Shown here: positions 1 through 12,595 of the stretch, piece after piece
How positions within the stretch are numbered: the first letter of the stretch is position 1
Layout: each line of letters starts with the position of its first letter
Assembly: GCA_030141605.1 (NCBI GenBank)
Contig: JAQGDQ010000379.1
Span: 1-64,000, forward strand
Direction: 5' to 3'
DNA: 64,000 nucleotides
Origin: Tubiluchus corallicola
Taxonomy: Eukaryota > Animalia > Priapulida
The notes under the pieces: model-generated
Databases searched by the model: none
The model's input: the letters and a program-made list of their open reading frames with translations, nothing else
What the model was told of the DNA's origin: nothing
Made by a program: the position numbers and the translations under genes

Positions 1-879
1 TTAAAGGTAAGCCGACTGATTAAGCAAACTGAAGAAGCCAGATGCTTTCTGTATGGGAGCATCATAAAAATTTGTTTACCATTTGGGACTTTGGGCAGTA
101 ATTTTAAAGAGTGATAAAACAGAGTGTAATTGTTTGGCACCGATTTTAAACATTTGTAAACATTTTCACATCTTTAAGCGTGCACTTAATTGCACAGCTG
201 AGTGCTCTTTTCTTGACCTTATGTTGTAATGCTATGTGAAGTGCCTGCTTGGGATGTATTAAATTGTTGCTTTGTATTCTGTTGCTGATGCTATTAAGCA
301 AGCTTAAATGAAAAACCAATCCTTGAACAAAACAAAATTTTGAACAAACCTCTCTGCAGGCATATTTGAAAAAAATGATCTGCAGCTCACTTAGATGCCA
401 CGTGAGTTACTTAGTTTATAGTTCAGTTTTAGCTTGTTAACATAATTATTCTGTTACTTTGCCGATGTTAACTGCCCGAGTTGGAGACGAGATTATTGTG
501 CTATCGTCAGTAATTGGTATTCATTATATAGGGATAACAAGATTCATCAAAAATAAAAAATAGCATTAATAATCTCTTGTTTAACATTTCGGATTGTTTG
601 TAGTTGAAAATAGTAACTGCAGCTGCAAAAGAAGTTTATTCAATGGCAGGATAAGTGTATGGTAGCTGGATAACACCATTTTTTTTATTCAAAATGAACA
701 TGTCCAAGCTTGAAGTGATCACAACTTTAAATTGATTTTACTAATTACAAGAGGCATTTATTACAATTTTAAGCTGAAACTTTCTAGACTTGGTTTTCGC
801 TTTAAGCCACTGTACATAGTTGTAGCTTTCATAAAGTGTTAGTATATATTTAATTGCTGAAAATATGCTTTATATGCAG

Positions 880-996
880 GACCCAAACGTAACTTGTGAA
901 GATGATGAAGTTATAAGTTCCACAGAGCAGCACAGGTGCATCTTAGACATGGAAACCTCAAACGATACCACTGCAACAGTCAAAATATATGGCTGA
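880..996 (+). CDS. Probable terminal coding exon of an unidentified upstream gene (DPNVTCEDDEVISSTEQHRCILDMETSNDTTATVKIYG*)
   Basis: Acceptor tatatgcag|GAC at 879/880 and 39 open codons to TGA 994-996. A strong donor AAG|gtaagc lies at 6/7 at the window edge, and AATAAA is near 1213. No family recognised. Confidence 0.55.
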   Translation, partial: DPNVTCEDDEVISSTEQHRCILDMETSNDTTATVKIYG

Positions 997-1544
997 TATC
1001 AATACCCAATTCTTATTACTGCAGCTATTTTAGCACAAATCATAACTACTGTGATACTAGAAAAAATAGTCTATAAAACTTATTTATTTACACAAATTAT
1101 TTACAATTGTTATTAATTTTTGTCAACTAATGTCACTTGTAAATGCAATTTTATATCTGAGTCACACTTATTCAGTTGTTAATTTTGATATCGCAGTATT
1201 TCTTATTAACTAATAAATCTGTTTAGCAAAAAAAATGTATTTCGATCTCATACATAACTGATCAATCATTAAAGCTTATTATTCGCTTGGATATTTTAAA
1301 ATCGATTTTTTAATTATTTGCGTAATCGATGGTACCTTACAATTAGAGAGCTAAAACATATCATACAGGTGACTGAGTCAGAACAGATTTTTTCCAATGA
1401 GTCCGGAGTGTGAAGCATTGTTATTTAGTTTTTTTACGGCCATTCAAAATAAACTAGCAAAATCCGTGCTGCTCACCTGGACTGCTTTGATTGCTGCTTG
1501 GTACACTTGCAGCCTTATTTTGGTCAAGGTGCAACTTCTCATCC

Positions 1545-1640
1545 TCTTCTGTCTGTCTGTCTCTCTCATTGCTCCCTGCTTTCCTACTGCCTCTCTCTCT
1601 CCCCGACCTAACTAGTACTCTCTCTCTCTCTCTCCCACCC

Positions 1641-1671
<31 letters not shown>

Positions 1672-1695
1672 CCCCTCTTCTTTCATCCCCTTTCT
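1545..1695. repeat. CT-rich low-complexity / (CT)n tract
   Basis: Interrupted runs of ctctctct and ccccc. Confidence 0.8.
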
Positions 1696-2339
1696 CAATG
1701 TTATCTATGGACCATAAACTTTATTCTTAAACTATTAAAAGCATCTGCGTGTAATTATACGCAGTATTGTGTCATAGTCGACGACACCTGCTCAAACAAT
1801 GGTTAACAATCTGTCGTACTTCAAAAAGTAAATGCCCAGTGACCACACTCCAGGGCATGGCAATTAAGGCAGTATAAAAACTCAGATGAAATGGTTGTAA
1901 TAAGCTGTTGTTAACAGATTATAGATGCGCATTTTGACGTCAGGCAATCCAAATTTTGAGGAAAATTCAGTGCACATTGTTTACCTAACAATGAGTAAAT
2001 GAGAATAATTGGGCAAACTGAATGATTCAAAAATTAATAAAAATGTTATAACACAGGCAGCAAAACAGAATCACTTGCTTCTTGTCAAACGGATAAGAAA
2101 ATTTCTTTAAAGGGTAACCGTCTCTTGAATTGCTGTAATCAAATCGCACAAAAAGTTTGATGAAAAATGTAACTGTCATTTGAAATGCTGTAATCGAATT
2201 GCACTAGCTTGCATTTAACGATGGGTATGCCGACACAAATTGCACATTGTTTATATATCAGTTGAACACAGAGCTTCTTGATATCAAGTCACATGAGCAA
2301 CATTGAGCGGAAAATCTCACTAGTCATCGAAAGCTTGTG

Positions 2340-2444
2340 TCATCCATGCTGCTTAAAATGTGTCATATTATCTGCCACTAGTCTGGCTAATACTGCTCCA
2401 TAATAGTCTATGACATAACTGGAACCGTCTGCTGGTCCAACAAT
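2340..2444 (-). CDS. TM2D1: TM2D1 coding exon 6 (last)
   Basis: ttttag| IVGPADGSSYVIDYYGAVLARLVADNMTHFKQHG* (TGA 2342-2340). Confidence 0.95.
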   Translation of the reverse strand: MVGPADGSSYVIDYYGAVLARLVADNMTHFKQHG

Positions 2445-5400
2445 CTAAAATGTAGCAAAATTATTTTTGTAACTGATAACAATTAGCAACTTTATTTTAC
2501 CCAATCATAGACATGTAGTGTTTACAAGTAGCACAAAAATAATCCAAATTCAAAGAGACCAAGGCAAAGGACATGTGAAAGATTGTAATAAAACAGGAAA
2601 TTGTAATTGATAATGCCTGTGAGACACCTACAAAATTTAGTAAATTCGACTTTTATAACAATTAACCTTAATCAATCTTGTTACAGAAACCAATTTAAAA
2701 ACTGTTATTCACCTAAATAGTTCATTCTCTTTGTACATTTTCCTAAATACAAACACTTTAAGGTACACACACTTACAATTAACTAAGCCAAGCTTCTTAC
2801 CTGTGTTGCTATGAGAATTATATCTACTAACTGACCCAGAAACATAAATCCAAGAGTGCAGAATTTGAGCAGACCTAGCCAAATAAACACAAAAAGCAGT
2901 TTCAATTTAGGCAAAATTACTGTTTGACTAACAGAATTTTCTGTGTCATTATACAATGATGCAGCACAAAATGACCGTACCATAGGTTTTAATGTATCTT
3001 AACAAAAATGAAAGAAAATTCTTGGTAAAATTTATATTGAGTCGATCACTGCCTTCCATTGCTATGTAATGCTCATTAACGTCTGCCATAAGATGAATTC
3101 TTCATGTTGACTGTAATGTGGATCTGATGTCCAACAAGTACAGTGCACTGGAACACTTACTTCATTCAGTTATAATAAAACTAACTAAGTTTCTTCAAAG
3201 AAAATTATGCAACTTTCATTTTGAATGCTTTAGATAACAAGTATGAGTTACTACAGTAAAAGTTCTGCTAGTCTCACATTCAGAATGCAAACAGACGTTT
3301 AACTGACATTTAAGCAGAAATTTAACTGTGTTGTGAAATTTGAGTAAACCATGGTAATGCGAACATTTTTTTATGAAAAAAAGAAAAAATTCATGCTACT
3401 AGCTAATATAATTTCAGCCTGAATGTAGCTGCAGCTTACCTATTGCAGGATATCCAAGATAGAATCTATCAACACCAAACATGCCCAGAAATATTGAAAG
3501 TAGCAGTGCTGTTTCAAAGGATTTTCCATTTCTGAAAATAAAAGCAATGAACTATAACATCAGCTGTATAAATTTCATGTGGTTTGCTCAATAGCTCCGT
3601 AACCATTTTTCAAATGTATACTAGCCAGTAGCAAACAACAATGTCACACATCTTCACACAGGTTGCAACATTATTACACATCTTTTACTACATCCCGGTA
3701 TCTTCACAACTTCGGAACCTTAATTCTGAAATTCAAAATCAAAGCTTTTGTACAAGGTTTCCACAGCAGGGCGATTTGTGAAACATTTCAAAGATTAGAT
3801 TAGATTAATTTATTTGTCTCATTTCATATACATATACACTAAGAAGATTGAAAATCATTGCCAGATATGTGAAAATATTAAGCGATATCAGAAAAAATGT
3901 GAAAATGTTAATAGTTATCAGAAAACTCTGAAAATATTAAAACTCATCAAAAATGTGGGAAAACGTTGAAAGACATTAGAAGACTTGTGAAAATTCTATT
4001 TCAAATATATATAAAAAATATTGGTAATTGACTCAAATAACTTCGCTTAATTGACTCAATGTTTTTCCTTCACGTACTTAAAATAAGACATTTGTATGTG
4101 CCCAAACAGCCTTTCCTACCTTCATGTCATCTTTACTAGCCTTTCGTACATTTTATATGTAGAAACAATCATGTTAAGTACCGTTTTGTTTGTAAACAGG
4201 TACGTTTATCATGCGCTAATACGCTAGCGTAGCGGTTTTGCTTTGAATCTGTTACCCGATGGCCCACGGCAATTAACCTCATTACCCAAAGAATTTCTGG
4301 AAGCTAAACATTTAATCACTTGCAGTAATACTACACCCATCGGCTAATTGGGTCAAAACACGTCGGTCCCAAAGTGAGTCTATTAAGCGGCGACTACTGT
4401 AACATGAAATCGGGTGTGAAAGTGTCATTTCCAAAGAAAGCCTGGAACCTGAGCTCGTTTGTTTTACTCGTTAGATGATGCCAGCAAAATTCAGTCTTTT
4501 GTTAGAGCAGCATTTGCGTTTGGTTATCACATGTCACCTTTCGTAATGTGGCATTGTTGACAAATTCAGCATCACAGAAATGACGCGGTATCCAAGGAAG
4601 ATGTTGGCAGGACATTTGTTTAGGCAGCGATTTTCCGAAATTTCACGAGCAAAAGCGACAAAATGTTTTGTGGAAAAATGCAACTTCGAAGCCTGATTTC
4701 ATTAGAAAGAAAGCCATGAAATTTAGTATAACTACTGTGAAATTTTAAATTAAAGTTAGCTCTTCTTACTAAAGAAAATTTGTTTTTATATTAAATTTAC
4801 CTTGAAAAGCAACTTAATAATTTCCCAGTTTAGAAAACAATTTCTTTGCCTCGTTCAACAACTACTATAGAATGTAGTTAGTTCATACAAAAGTTTTTAA
4901 AAGACAAGCAGAAAAAAACCAACAAGCTCTTACGAGCTGTTTAGACAATCAGTTTTTTGTCAAACTATCAGCTTGAGTTCGACAAATTAGTTTGATCGTG
5001 TAAACAGCGAAACTGACAAACTTTTTGCTTAACAAACAAGGTTTGATGGTAGCAAACCGTCTTGAATTCACCAATAAAAACTGACAAACTCAGACTCAAT
5101 AGCCAATAGCATCGCGTTCGTTACATCATATCAATTCACAGTCGTCAGAAATTTTGTCATTATTAATCCAGCAAGTGGTATAACTATACAACGATCAGCA
5201 CTGTTGCATGTTGGCTGATATTGGAACCTGTCGGGTAGAAACAATAATAATACAAAAGAGATTTTTATTTTGCTGACAGTAAAAAAGAAAATTCTGATTT
5301 TGTTGTATTGCTTTCTACCAGTCAACTAAACAATTTGCAACAGTACTATAGGGGTGTTATACAGGCATTGGTTAGTTAAATTGAACTTCTTACTATAAAT

Positions 5401-7596
5401 ATTCAAACACCTTAACATTTAAATCTTTGAAATCAGGCCGTAACTGCCTTTTCCAATTCTTCGTTGTAGTTATTTTTTTCATCTGAACTTTTCTATTCGA
5501 ACAAGCTAACCCAATATAGAACAACAAAACACGTCTGCATATTGACGCCATAATTTGATGGCCACTCTTTGCTGAACAGTTATTACCAAAGTTTGATGTC
5601 GTCTAAACATGTGTCAGTTTTTGTTTTGGTTTGACAGTTTAAAAACTGATCATGTAAATGGTACCTTACGAACAGAACAGTGATAATTCATATTAATGGT
5701 AGCACTACTAAGCAGGAGAATAGGAGCCACTTCTAAATGTCATTAGTAAATCAAACTTAATCAAAATTCACCAACAAAAATTAACAAAATATGGAACAAA
5801 TTAAGAATCAGCAGAAAAGCAATAATAACATAAAGAAATTACATGCCCAAGCATAAGAAAGTGATTCAAGTATACGCAGTTTACCGGACCTTGCTTTTAC
5901 GGATATCGGAAGAATTGGACAAAATCTGGACAGCTAAAAAGTCCCACATACTACTTACACAGTCCATTTTTTCACGAGTTGACCACTAGTTGTTTACTTT
6001 GTTTACATCACTAAATCGGTGTAACCAGTGCAGTGGACGAGCAGGTAACACAGGTTCAAAGCAAACCCGCTAGGCCAGCACAATTATTAGCACATGATAA
6101 ACCTTGCTTACAAACAAGCTGTACCTAACATGATTGTTTCTACATATATTATAGTGCACAAGAGCAAAGTAAAACGACATAAAAATAGTAAAAGCTCACT
6201 GGTCACACAAAAGCATCTCATTTAAGCATGTGTAAAAAAATATGCGGAATGATAGTAAATATTAGAATGACTCATCATAGATTAGTCAGACTTTATGACG
6301 TGTGTTGCACTGTGACAGCCAAAAATTACTTACGTCCATTTGCATTTCACTGGCATCTTGAATGTTCTTTCTGCTGACAATTCTGAGCACTCAATGCCTG
6401 GTGCTGGCATACAATCCACTAAAACAGTAAAATAACACATTGAAAGAAAGCAAGATAAATATTGAATTTATCTTTTCTTAAATTCTTTTTGCAACAAAAT
6501 ATGCGAAATTATGAAAAAACAAAATGTTGTTGATGTCGATGAAAAATATGATGATAGTGATGATTATGATAATGATGGTCATCATTATCATGATCGTCAT
6601 AATCATTATCATAATCACCAATATCATCATATCTTTCATTAACATGATCATCATTTTCTTTATTTCAGTCAAAATAAAGTATGAACCATAGAGAACTAAT
6701 CTAAAACATAGAGAAAGCTTAATATGTAAAATAATTGCATGTATAAAATCGATATAGTTAAAAGGCCTACAAAAGCATAAAATGGGATATAATAATACAA
6801 ATTAGCAGACTACTAGATATGCTTGTTTTCAACAAATGTTAAAACTATCTCACCACATATCTGTATAATTATTTAGATATTAACAGTACATTAGACTGCC
6901 TTACCTAGTACTTCAGCATAACTGCTGTTGATTCTTTTGCAATCAATAGGTTGCTGTGTAATTGGATCTATTTCCGGATCCGAGCACATATATGTGATGC
7001 AAAAAGTAAAGGAAATATTTTACTCTAATATCATGCAAACAAGAATAATTGAACTACCTAATTAACTTTCTTTTGCTATTAGGCTCATTTAACTTTATTT
7101 GTTTTGCATGCAGCTTTCTGATAATGACAAGAAAGATTAGTCTGTTATAACACGTTTCAGATAGTGCAGTCAGATTGCTGTATGATGTATGTACTAAATA
7201 GCATAAAATTTCGTTTAATTTATGATAACCAAGTAATTTTGCATTGTGCAGGTGTTAATCATGCCTTGTCAGTGACAAAGCAATCTTACTTTGACAAAAA
7301 CAAAAACAAAAAGTATGTACATAGCCCAGGATGTAAAGGGATGTAAATGAACCATTTTACATATTTTAAAAATGGTTAAAAAACCAAATGAGCTAAACAT
7401 GTTCAGTGAGGCATGATCATAAACAATTACAAAATGTTGCAAACTCTATTAATTATGTGTAGGATAGGATTTTATAACTTTACACACAAAAAGGATATTG
7501 TCCCACGAGTAATTTACTGCACTCCTCTGAAACAATGAAGATTGACTGCAGGAGAAAGTTCAGCAAAATCAAGTAGATAATCGTATAATAGTCCAT
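2340..7596 (-). CDS. TM2D1: TM2 domain-containing protein 1 (beta-amyloid binding protein-like), complete 6-exon gene, 180 aa
   Basis: complement(join(2340..2444,2801..2874,3440..3531,6334..6418,6905..6993,7499..7596)) = 543 nt with all phases consistent. Signal peptide, then C..LLVGQYMCSDPEID, CMPAPGIEC, and the TM2 motif [29 protein letters not shown]...IVGPADGSSYVIDYYG typical of TM2D1. Confidence 0.95.
2801..2874 (-). CDS. TM2D1: TM2D1 coding exon 5
   Basis: tag| [24 protein letters not shown] |gtaag. Confidence 0.95.
3440..3531 (-). CDS. TM2D1: TM2D1 coding exon 4
   Basis: ttttcag| [31 protein letters not shown] |gtaag. Confidence 0.95.
3868..3997. repeat. Degenerate tandem repeat of about 30 bp (about 4.5 copies)
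   Basis: Recurrent gtgaaaatattaa...atcagaaaa unit. Confidence 0.5.
4025..4399. mobile_element. Tc1/mariner Tigger/pogo-like MITE fragment, copy 1
   Basis: Homologous to 8100-9079 (aattgactcaaataact..tttttccttcac). Ends gagtctattaagcggcgactactg|ta, i.e. a CAGTAG-type TIR with TA target. Confidence 0.6.
4934..5665. mobile_element. Degenerate PIF/Harbinger-like MITE
   Basis: Imperfect terminal inverted repeats gctgtttagacaatcagttttt...aaaaactgatcatgtaaatggtacc with TTA flanks. Confidence 0.4.
6334..6418 (-). CDS. TM2D1: TM2D1 coding exon 3
   Basis: ttttag| VDCMPAPGIECSELSAERTFKMPVKCKWT |gtaagt. Confidence 0.92.
6538..6655. repeat. Degenerate (ATG)n/(ATC)n trinucleotide tract
   Basis: gatgatagtgatgattatgat...atcattatcataatc. 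Confidence 0.7.
6905..6993 (-). CDS. TM2D1: TM2D1 coding exon 2
   Basis: AC acceptor, YMCSDPEIDPITQQPIDCKRINSSYAEVL, gtaagg donor. Confidence 0.92.
6994..7498 (-). other. TM2D1: U12-type (minor spliceosome) AT-AC intron, TM2D1 intron 1, 505 nt
   Basis: 5' site ATATCCTTTT (7498 downward), branch site TTTCCTTTAC (7015-7006), 3' end CATCAC. Removal restores G-Q-Y-M-C in frame. Confidence 0.9.
7499..7596 (-). CDS. TM2D1: TM2D1 coding exon 1 (MDYYTIIYLILLNFLLQSIFIVSEECSKLLVGQ)
   Basis: ATG at 7596-7594, hydrophobic signal peptide, ends at U12 donor ATATCCTT. Confidence 0.88.
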
Positions 7597-8099
7597 AGTC
7601 TGTTTGTCCAAATTACAACATCAGATAAAATGCACTCGCATAATCCACCGCAACAGATTTCTTGGTAGCTGTAAAAAAATAGCGATCACTGCTCATGCTC
7701 ACACTTCCACGTCTTCAAATTGTAGGTGAGCCCATAGCCTGAAAACGACAGAACTGGCTGAATCCACTTCAAACAAAAATGACTGAAAATTTTACCCGAA
7801 ATGTGAACAAACTCACCAAAAACCAAATTTACACCCTATGTAACCACAGCAAAACTTGACCGAATAATAAAAGCCCAAACATTTGATGCAAAAATTTGTA
7901 AGATTTTTTCATCCATAAAAACAGGCAAGTTTTAAAACTGCTTTTCATTTAATAATGGATGTTGTTGCAATATAATTATAATAAGAACATCTGGAGCCTA
8001 AAAACTGAGATTAAATGTCAGGAATTCATACTGTATTTAGGTTTGTAATGACACATACTGACAATAGATCTTAGGCTTCCATAAATGCAGCCTCCCGGC

Positions 8100-9079
8100 A
8101 ATTGATTCAAATAACTCTGCATAATTGACTCAATATTTTTCCTTCACATACTTAAAATGAGGTATTTGTGTGTGACCAAAGGGGTTTTATAGCTTTTGTG
8201 TAACCTTTACAGCGCTTTTATGCACGACAATGTATGTAGAAACAGTCATATTAAGTTTAGCTTCGTTTTTAATCATGTTTGTTTATCATGCACTAATATG
8301 CTAGGGTAGTGGTTGTGCTTTGAATATGTCGCCAGCTCGTCCACTGCAGTTAACATCGTTTCCTGGAATCACTTCCCCAGGAATTTGTTTTTTAAGTTCC
8401 CGCTGCTTTTTGCAAGGGAAACAAGGTCATTATCAACTGCAGCCCAAGCATAAGGCGACTAGGTGTATTTATTGTAATTGCTACTTGTAAATTTTGCAAA
8501 ATGTAGATGTTGTGTTTTATTCTTATAATGTTTACAGCTGTAGTTCTTCATTACGTAGACTTGGGATTAAATGTTTACCTGTTGTGTGCTTTTTTGGTTT
8601 TCATGTGTTAGGTAAAAATTTTGTACATTTCTCTGCAATTTCTTCCACTACAACCTAGTTTATTTTGATAAGTTAAATTCTAAGTTTGATAATGGCTATA
8701 GTAGTCGAAACGATCGTCGTTCAATAAACATGTTAATATTAAATTATTATTATTCGTTTTTATTAATGCACTTATATAAGTTAGTATTCTTAATTTACTA
8801 ATTTACAGAAATTTAGGAAATTCATTTCTAACATTCATTTAAAGCCTTTGCAATGCATATTACTGATACTAACCTGATAAGCGATGACTCAAACTTCTAC
8901 GTTAGTAATACTACACCCATAGCCAAAACCGTGAAGCCAGCTGAGTTACTAAGTTTGAAAGGTAATTTTAAAGGTAATAGATTCAGCTAATAAGTCAACC
9001 AATAGATTCAGCCGGTGAATTAAAAAATTGGTTCAAAGCACTTTCATTCCGAAGTGCGTCTATTAAGGGCCACTTACCG
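8100..9079. mobile_element. Tigger/pogo-like MITE, copy 2, interrupted by other sequence
   Basis: Colinear with 4025-4399. Ends gcgtctattaagggccacttaccg|ta, with an internal insert at about 8365-8900. Confidence 0.55.
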
Positions 9080-9203
9080 TATATAATTAAATTAATATAC
9101 TGAGTAATCACTGTAACTCCAGGTCTCCACCGAGGGATCTTCCCCAGTGCACGGAGCTTTTGCACATATTATCCTCACATTCACTTTTCAGTTAAGGAAC
9201 CAA

Positions 9204-11568
9204 TAGGGCTGAGCATCGAACGTTCGAATTCAATTCGAATGAGTTTTTTAAGTTCGACTTCGATTCGAACCTAAAATTATAGATTCGAATAATTCAGCAG
9301 TTCAGCCACACACGTTCTTTATCATTAAAATGTTTGAAGCAGTACGCAATTAACACAATTTAACTGCAGTTTCTGTGCAAAACTTTTAACAAACTAATAG
9401 TGGTGTAGGGAGCCGAGTGGACCACTGAGCCAAGTAGACCACTTCCGGTAAAACCGATGTGCTAAAAGTAGTGTCCTACATGGGCAGCCCAAGTAGGACA
9501 CTAGCGATTTTTGTCGAGAATCGGTAATTTTGTCAAATTTTTGAAAATTCTGTGAAAGTTTCTTCATTTTATTAAAAATTGTGCTTGTTGGTTGAGTTGT
9601 CGTCATTTCAGCTATGTAGGCAAACAGAGAGGCTCTGGCAAAACTTGTTTCCAGTTTACATTACCAATGTTTATAAGTATTGTTATGACATAATAAAACA
9701 TAAAACAAAATTTCTTTTAGAAATGGATATTCCTTGGCAATTTACAAATGCATTTCTTACAATAATTTCATCATTATGATTAACTCCATTAATATATCAT
9801 AACATTAAACCTAGTATCTAATGCTTTAAAGAGAGAAATTCTGCACACAGTTATTACAAAAATAATTGCAAATTTAAAAATGAGACAGATAGGTAGCCCA
9901 AGTAGGACACTAGAGACAGGTCGCGAATTGAGTCGTTAAGTGTACTGACACCGTCCGTTGTGCTTGTTTATGTAATAATAATAATTAAAAACGTTAGTAC
10001 ACGTTGAATAATTTATTATACATCTAATAAAATAAAAGAATTTTATTCTGAGCTGGTAGAAGCACCGCGAGGCGGTCGAGAGGTTGGACTTAATTAGCTC
10101 ACCAAAAATTTTTTTGATGGCTACCTTGCCTTTGAAGCGATCAATTTATGCCCACTCCTACATACACACTGTGATTGCTATTGTTGGGAGCCGAGTGGAC
10201 CACTGCGCCAAGTAGACCACTTGATGCGCTAAAAGTAGTGTCCTACATGGGCAGCCCAAGTAGGACACTAGCGATTTTTGTCAAGAATCGGTAATTTTGT
10301 CAAATTTTTGAAAATTCTGTGAAAGTTTCTTCACTTTATTATTTACAGAAATAATTGCAAATTTAAAAATGAGACAGATGCTGCTAAGCCTTCAGAACAC
10401 CAAAAAGTAATTTTTAACATTTAAGAAAAGCAAGGATAATTAGTTTTAATATTATCAGTAGTATTGTAACATGTAGGGCACTGTCCTACATGGCTCGCTA
10501 GTCCATGTAGGACACATAGATTGCTAGAACGTTTACTTATAAGAAAACAATTATTTGCCCAAGAGGTAGTGAAACGGATCACCTGTTTGTGAAGTGAGAC
10601 AAAATCAAAAATTATATACCTTAAACAAATTTTGTATTCTCAAAAAAGTGGTTTTTTTCACTTCAACAACATTAATATCGAAACCAAATTTAATATTGTC
10701 CGTTCTACCAGCTCAGAATAAAATTCTTTTATTTTATTAGATGTATAATAAATTATTCAACGTGTACTAAGGTTTTTAATTATTATTATTACATAAACAA
10801 GCACAACGGACGGTGTCAGTACACTTAACGACTCAATTCTCGACCTGTCTCTAATGTCCTACTTGGGCAGCCCAAGTAGACCGCGGTCTACTTGGCGCAG
10901 TGGTCCACTCGGCTCCCAACACTATTTCAGTTCAAAATCAATTTTCGTTTTGTTTTGAAAATATCAGTTTGTTCATAGGGCAACATCGCTATAACAAACC
11001 AATATTTTTCATACACACTGAGGATTTGGAATTAATGTTAGAAAAATTTATCAGCTGCATTTTTATAAACATGTTTATGCAATTCAAGTAGCAAAATATT
11101 TGACTGAATTACCAATGCACTTTCACAGAATGCAATACAAAATAAAAATAAATATGACTATGGAAACAATAATAAATACGAGCAAAGTAAATAACAGGCT
11201 AAGCTACAACAATATTACAAAATAACATTTTGGTTGGGACTCAAAAAACTCAAAAAAGTTATTACTAGTAACACAATAAACCAAAACTTGACAAAAGGCA
11301 AAACTTGACAAAAGTTCATAAACACTGGAATGTTCTCACTTAATATTTAAGTCTACAGCTAAACAATCCTACATCTAACACCTACATTTATCGCTAGTGT
11401 CCTACTTGGGCTGCCCATGTAGGACACTACTTTTAGCGCATCAAGTGGTCTAATTGGCGCAGTGGTCCACTCGGCTCCCAGCACATGATCTTTTTAGGAC
11501 CATTTCTACTAGTGGTTCGAAAATCTTTCAAACTCAATTCGAATTCGATTTGGATTCGCTCACCCCTA
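9204..11568. mobile_element. hAT-like MITE family A, copy 1, carrying a nested element B complex
   Basis: TIRs TAGGGCTGAGC...GCTCACCCCTA, imperfect 8-bp TSD ggaaccaa/gtgaccaa, subterminal TTCGAA repeats. The two halves match the intact copy at 12133-12522. Confidence 0.8.
9404..11483. mobile_element. Element B: foldback-like / nested MITE complex with long inverted repeats
   Basis: Terminus TGTTGGGAGCCGAGTGGACCACTGCGCCAAGTAGACC at 9404 and 10182 (forward) and ending at 10921 and 11483 (reverse). A further inverted pair of about 165 bp at 9895-10060 / 10704-10868. Confidence 0.8.
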
Positions 11569-12132
11569 GTGACCAACTCGTCTTTCACTTCTCAGTTACA
11601 ATAAAATTGTTACACAACTATATTTTTTATTACTTTAACCAATTGTTCCTAGCATGCGCACTCACCGCGGGCTTCACTCTTCGAGTTGGTGGTCTCTATT
11701 GGAACGAGAAACAATTCTATTGCACAGAAATGGAAGAATGAGATAAAATATAAGACGTCCTAAATAGTGTCATTTTGTTCTATCTTTATCTCAATATACC
11801 CCTAACTGAATCTTTGCCACTTTAAGTTTGACTATGCACTAAAGAAGCTGACTATTGCTTTCTAAATTAGTTCGGTGCGTGAATTTTAGCAGCATTACTG
11901 GCGCACCGAGTCTCGTTCACAACGACTCGATGTCTCTGGTGGCTGACTCAATAACTTATGTTCATTCCTTTCTTTATTTATTATTTAGTAGCGAAAATTA
12001 ATATTACAACGCTGGATTTTGTTTCAGCTTTTGTAACATTGCTCTAATATTTTTACTACAGGTGAAGAATAAAAGAATTATAATTATAACAATCAGATGT
12101 ACTCCTATGATATTCATCAAGGGTATATAGTC

Positions 12133-12522
12133 TAGGGGTGAGCATCGAACGTTCGAGTTCGAACGTTCGAATTCGATTCGAACGAGTTTTTTTAGTTCGA
12201 ACTCGATTCGAATCCAAAACTATAGATTCGAATAATTCAGCACTCCAATCACATATGTTCCTGATCACTAAAACGATTGAAACATCGTGCAATTAGCATA
12301 ATTTAGCTGTGATTTCTGCACACAATTTTAAACAAATTACTAGTCGTTTTGTTGCAGAACAAAATCTAGTGATACACATGATCTTTGTAAGACTAATTTT
12401 TACTGGTGGTTCGAAAACTTGTTCGAAAATCGTTCAATCTCAATTCGAATTCGGTTCGAATTCGAAACACTGAAGTTCGGTTCGATTCGAATTCGCTTTC
12501 TGGTAGAGAATGCTCACCCCTA
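12133..12522. mobile_element. Intact 390-bp hAT-like MITE (family A, copy 2)
   Basis: TIR TAGGGGTGAGCAT...ATGCTCACCCCTA and perfect 8-bp TSD ATATAGTC (12125-12132 / 12523-12530). Confidence 0.9.
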
Positions 12523-12595
12523 ATATAGTCAAGGTGAGAAAATGAGCATTGCTCAATGTTCACCCTACTGGACACTCTCTGAATATTGTTGACTT

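Noticed and set aside
1397-1730. Leu/Ser-rich ORFs
   Set aside because: Produced by the CT-rich tract between convergent 3' ends.
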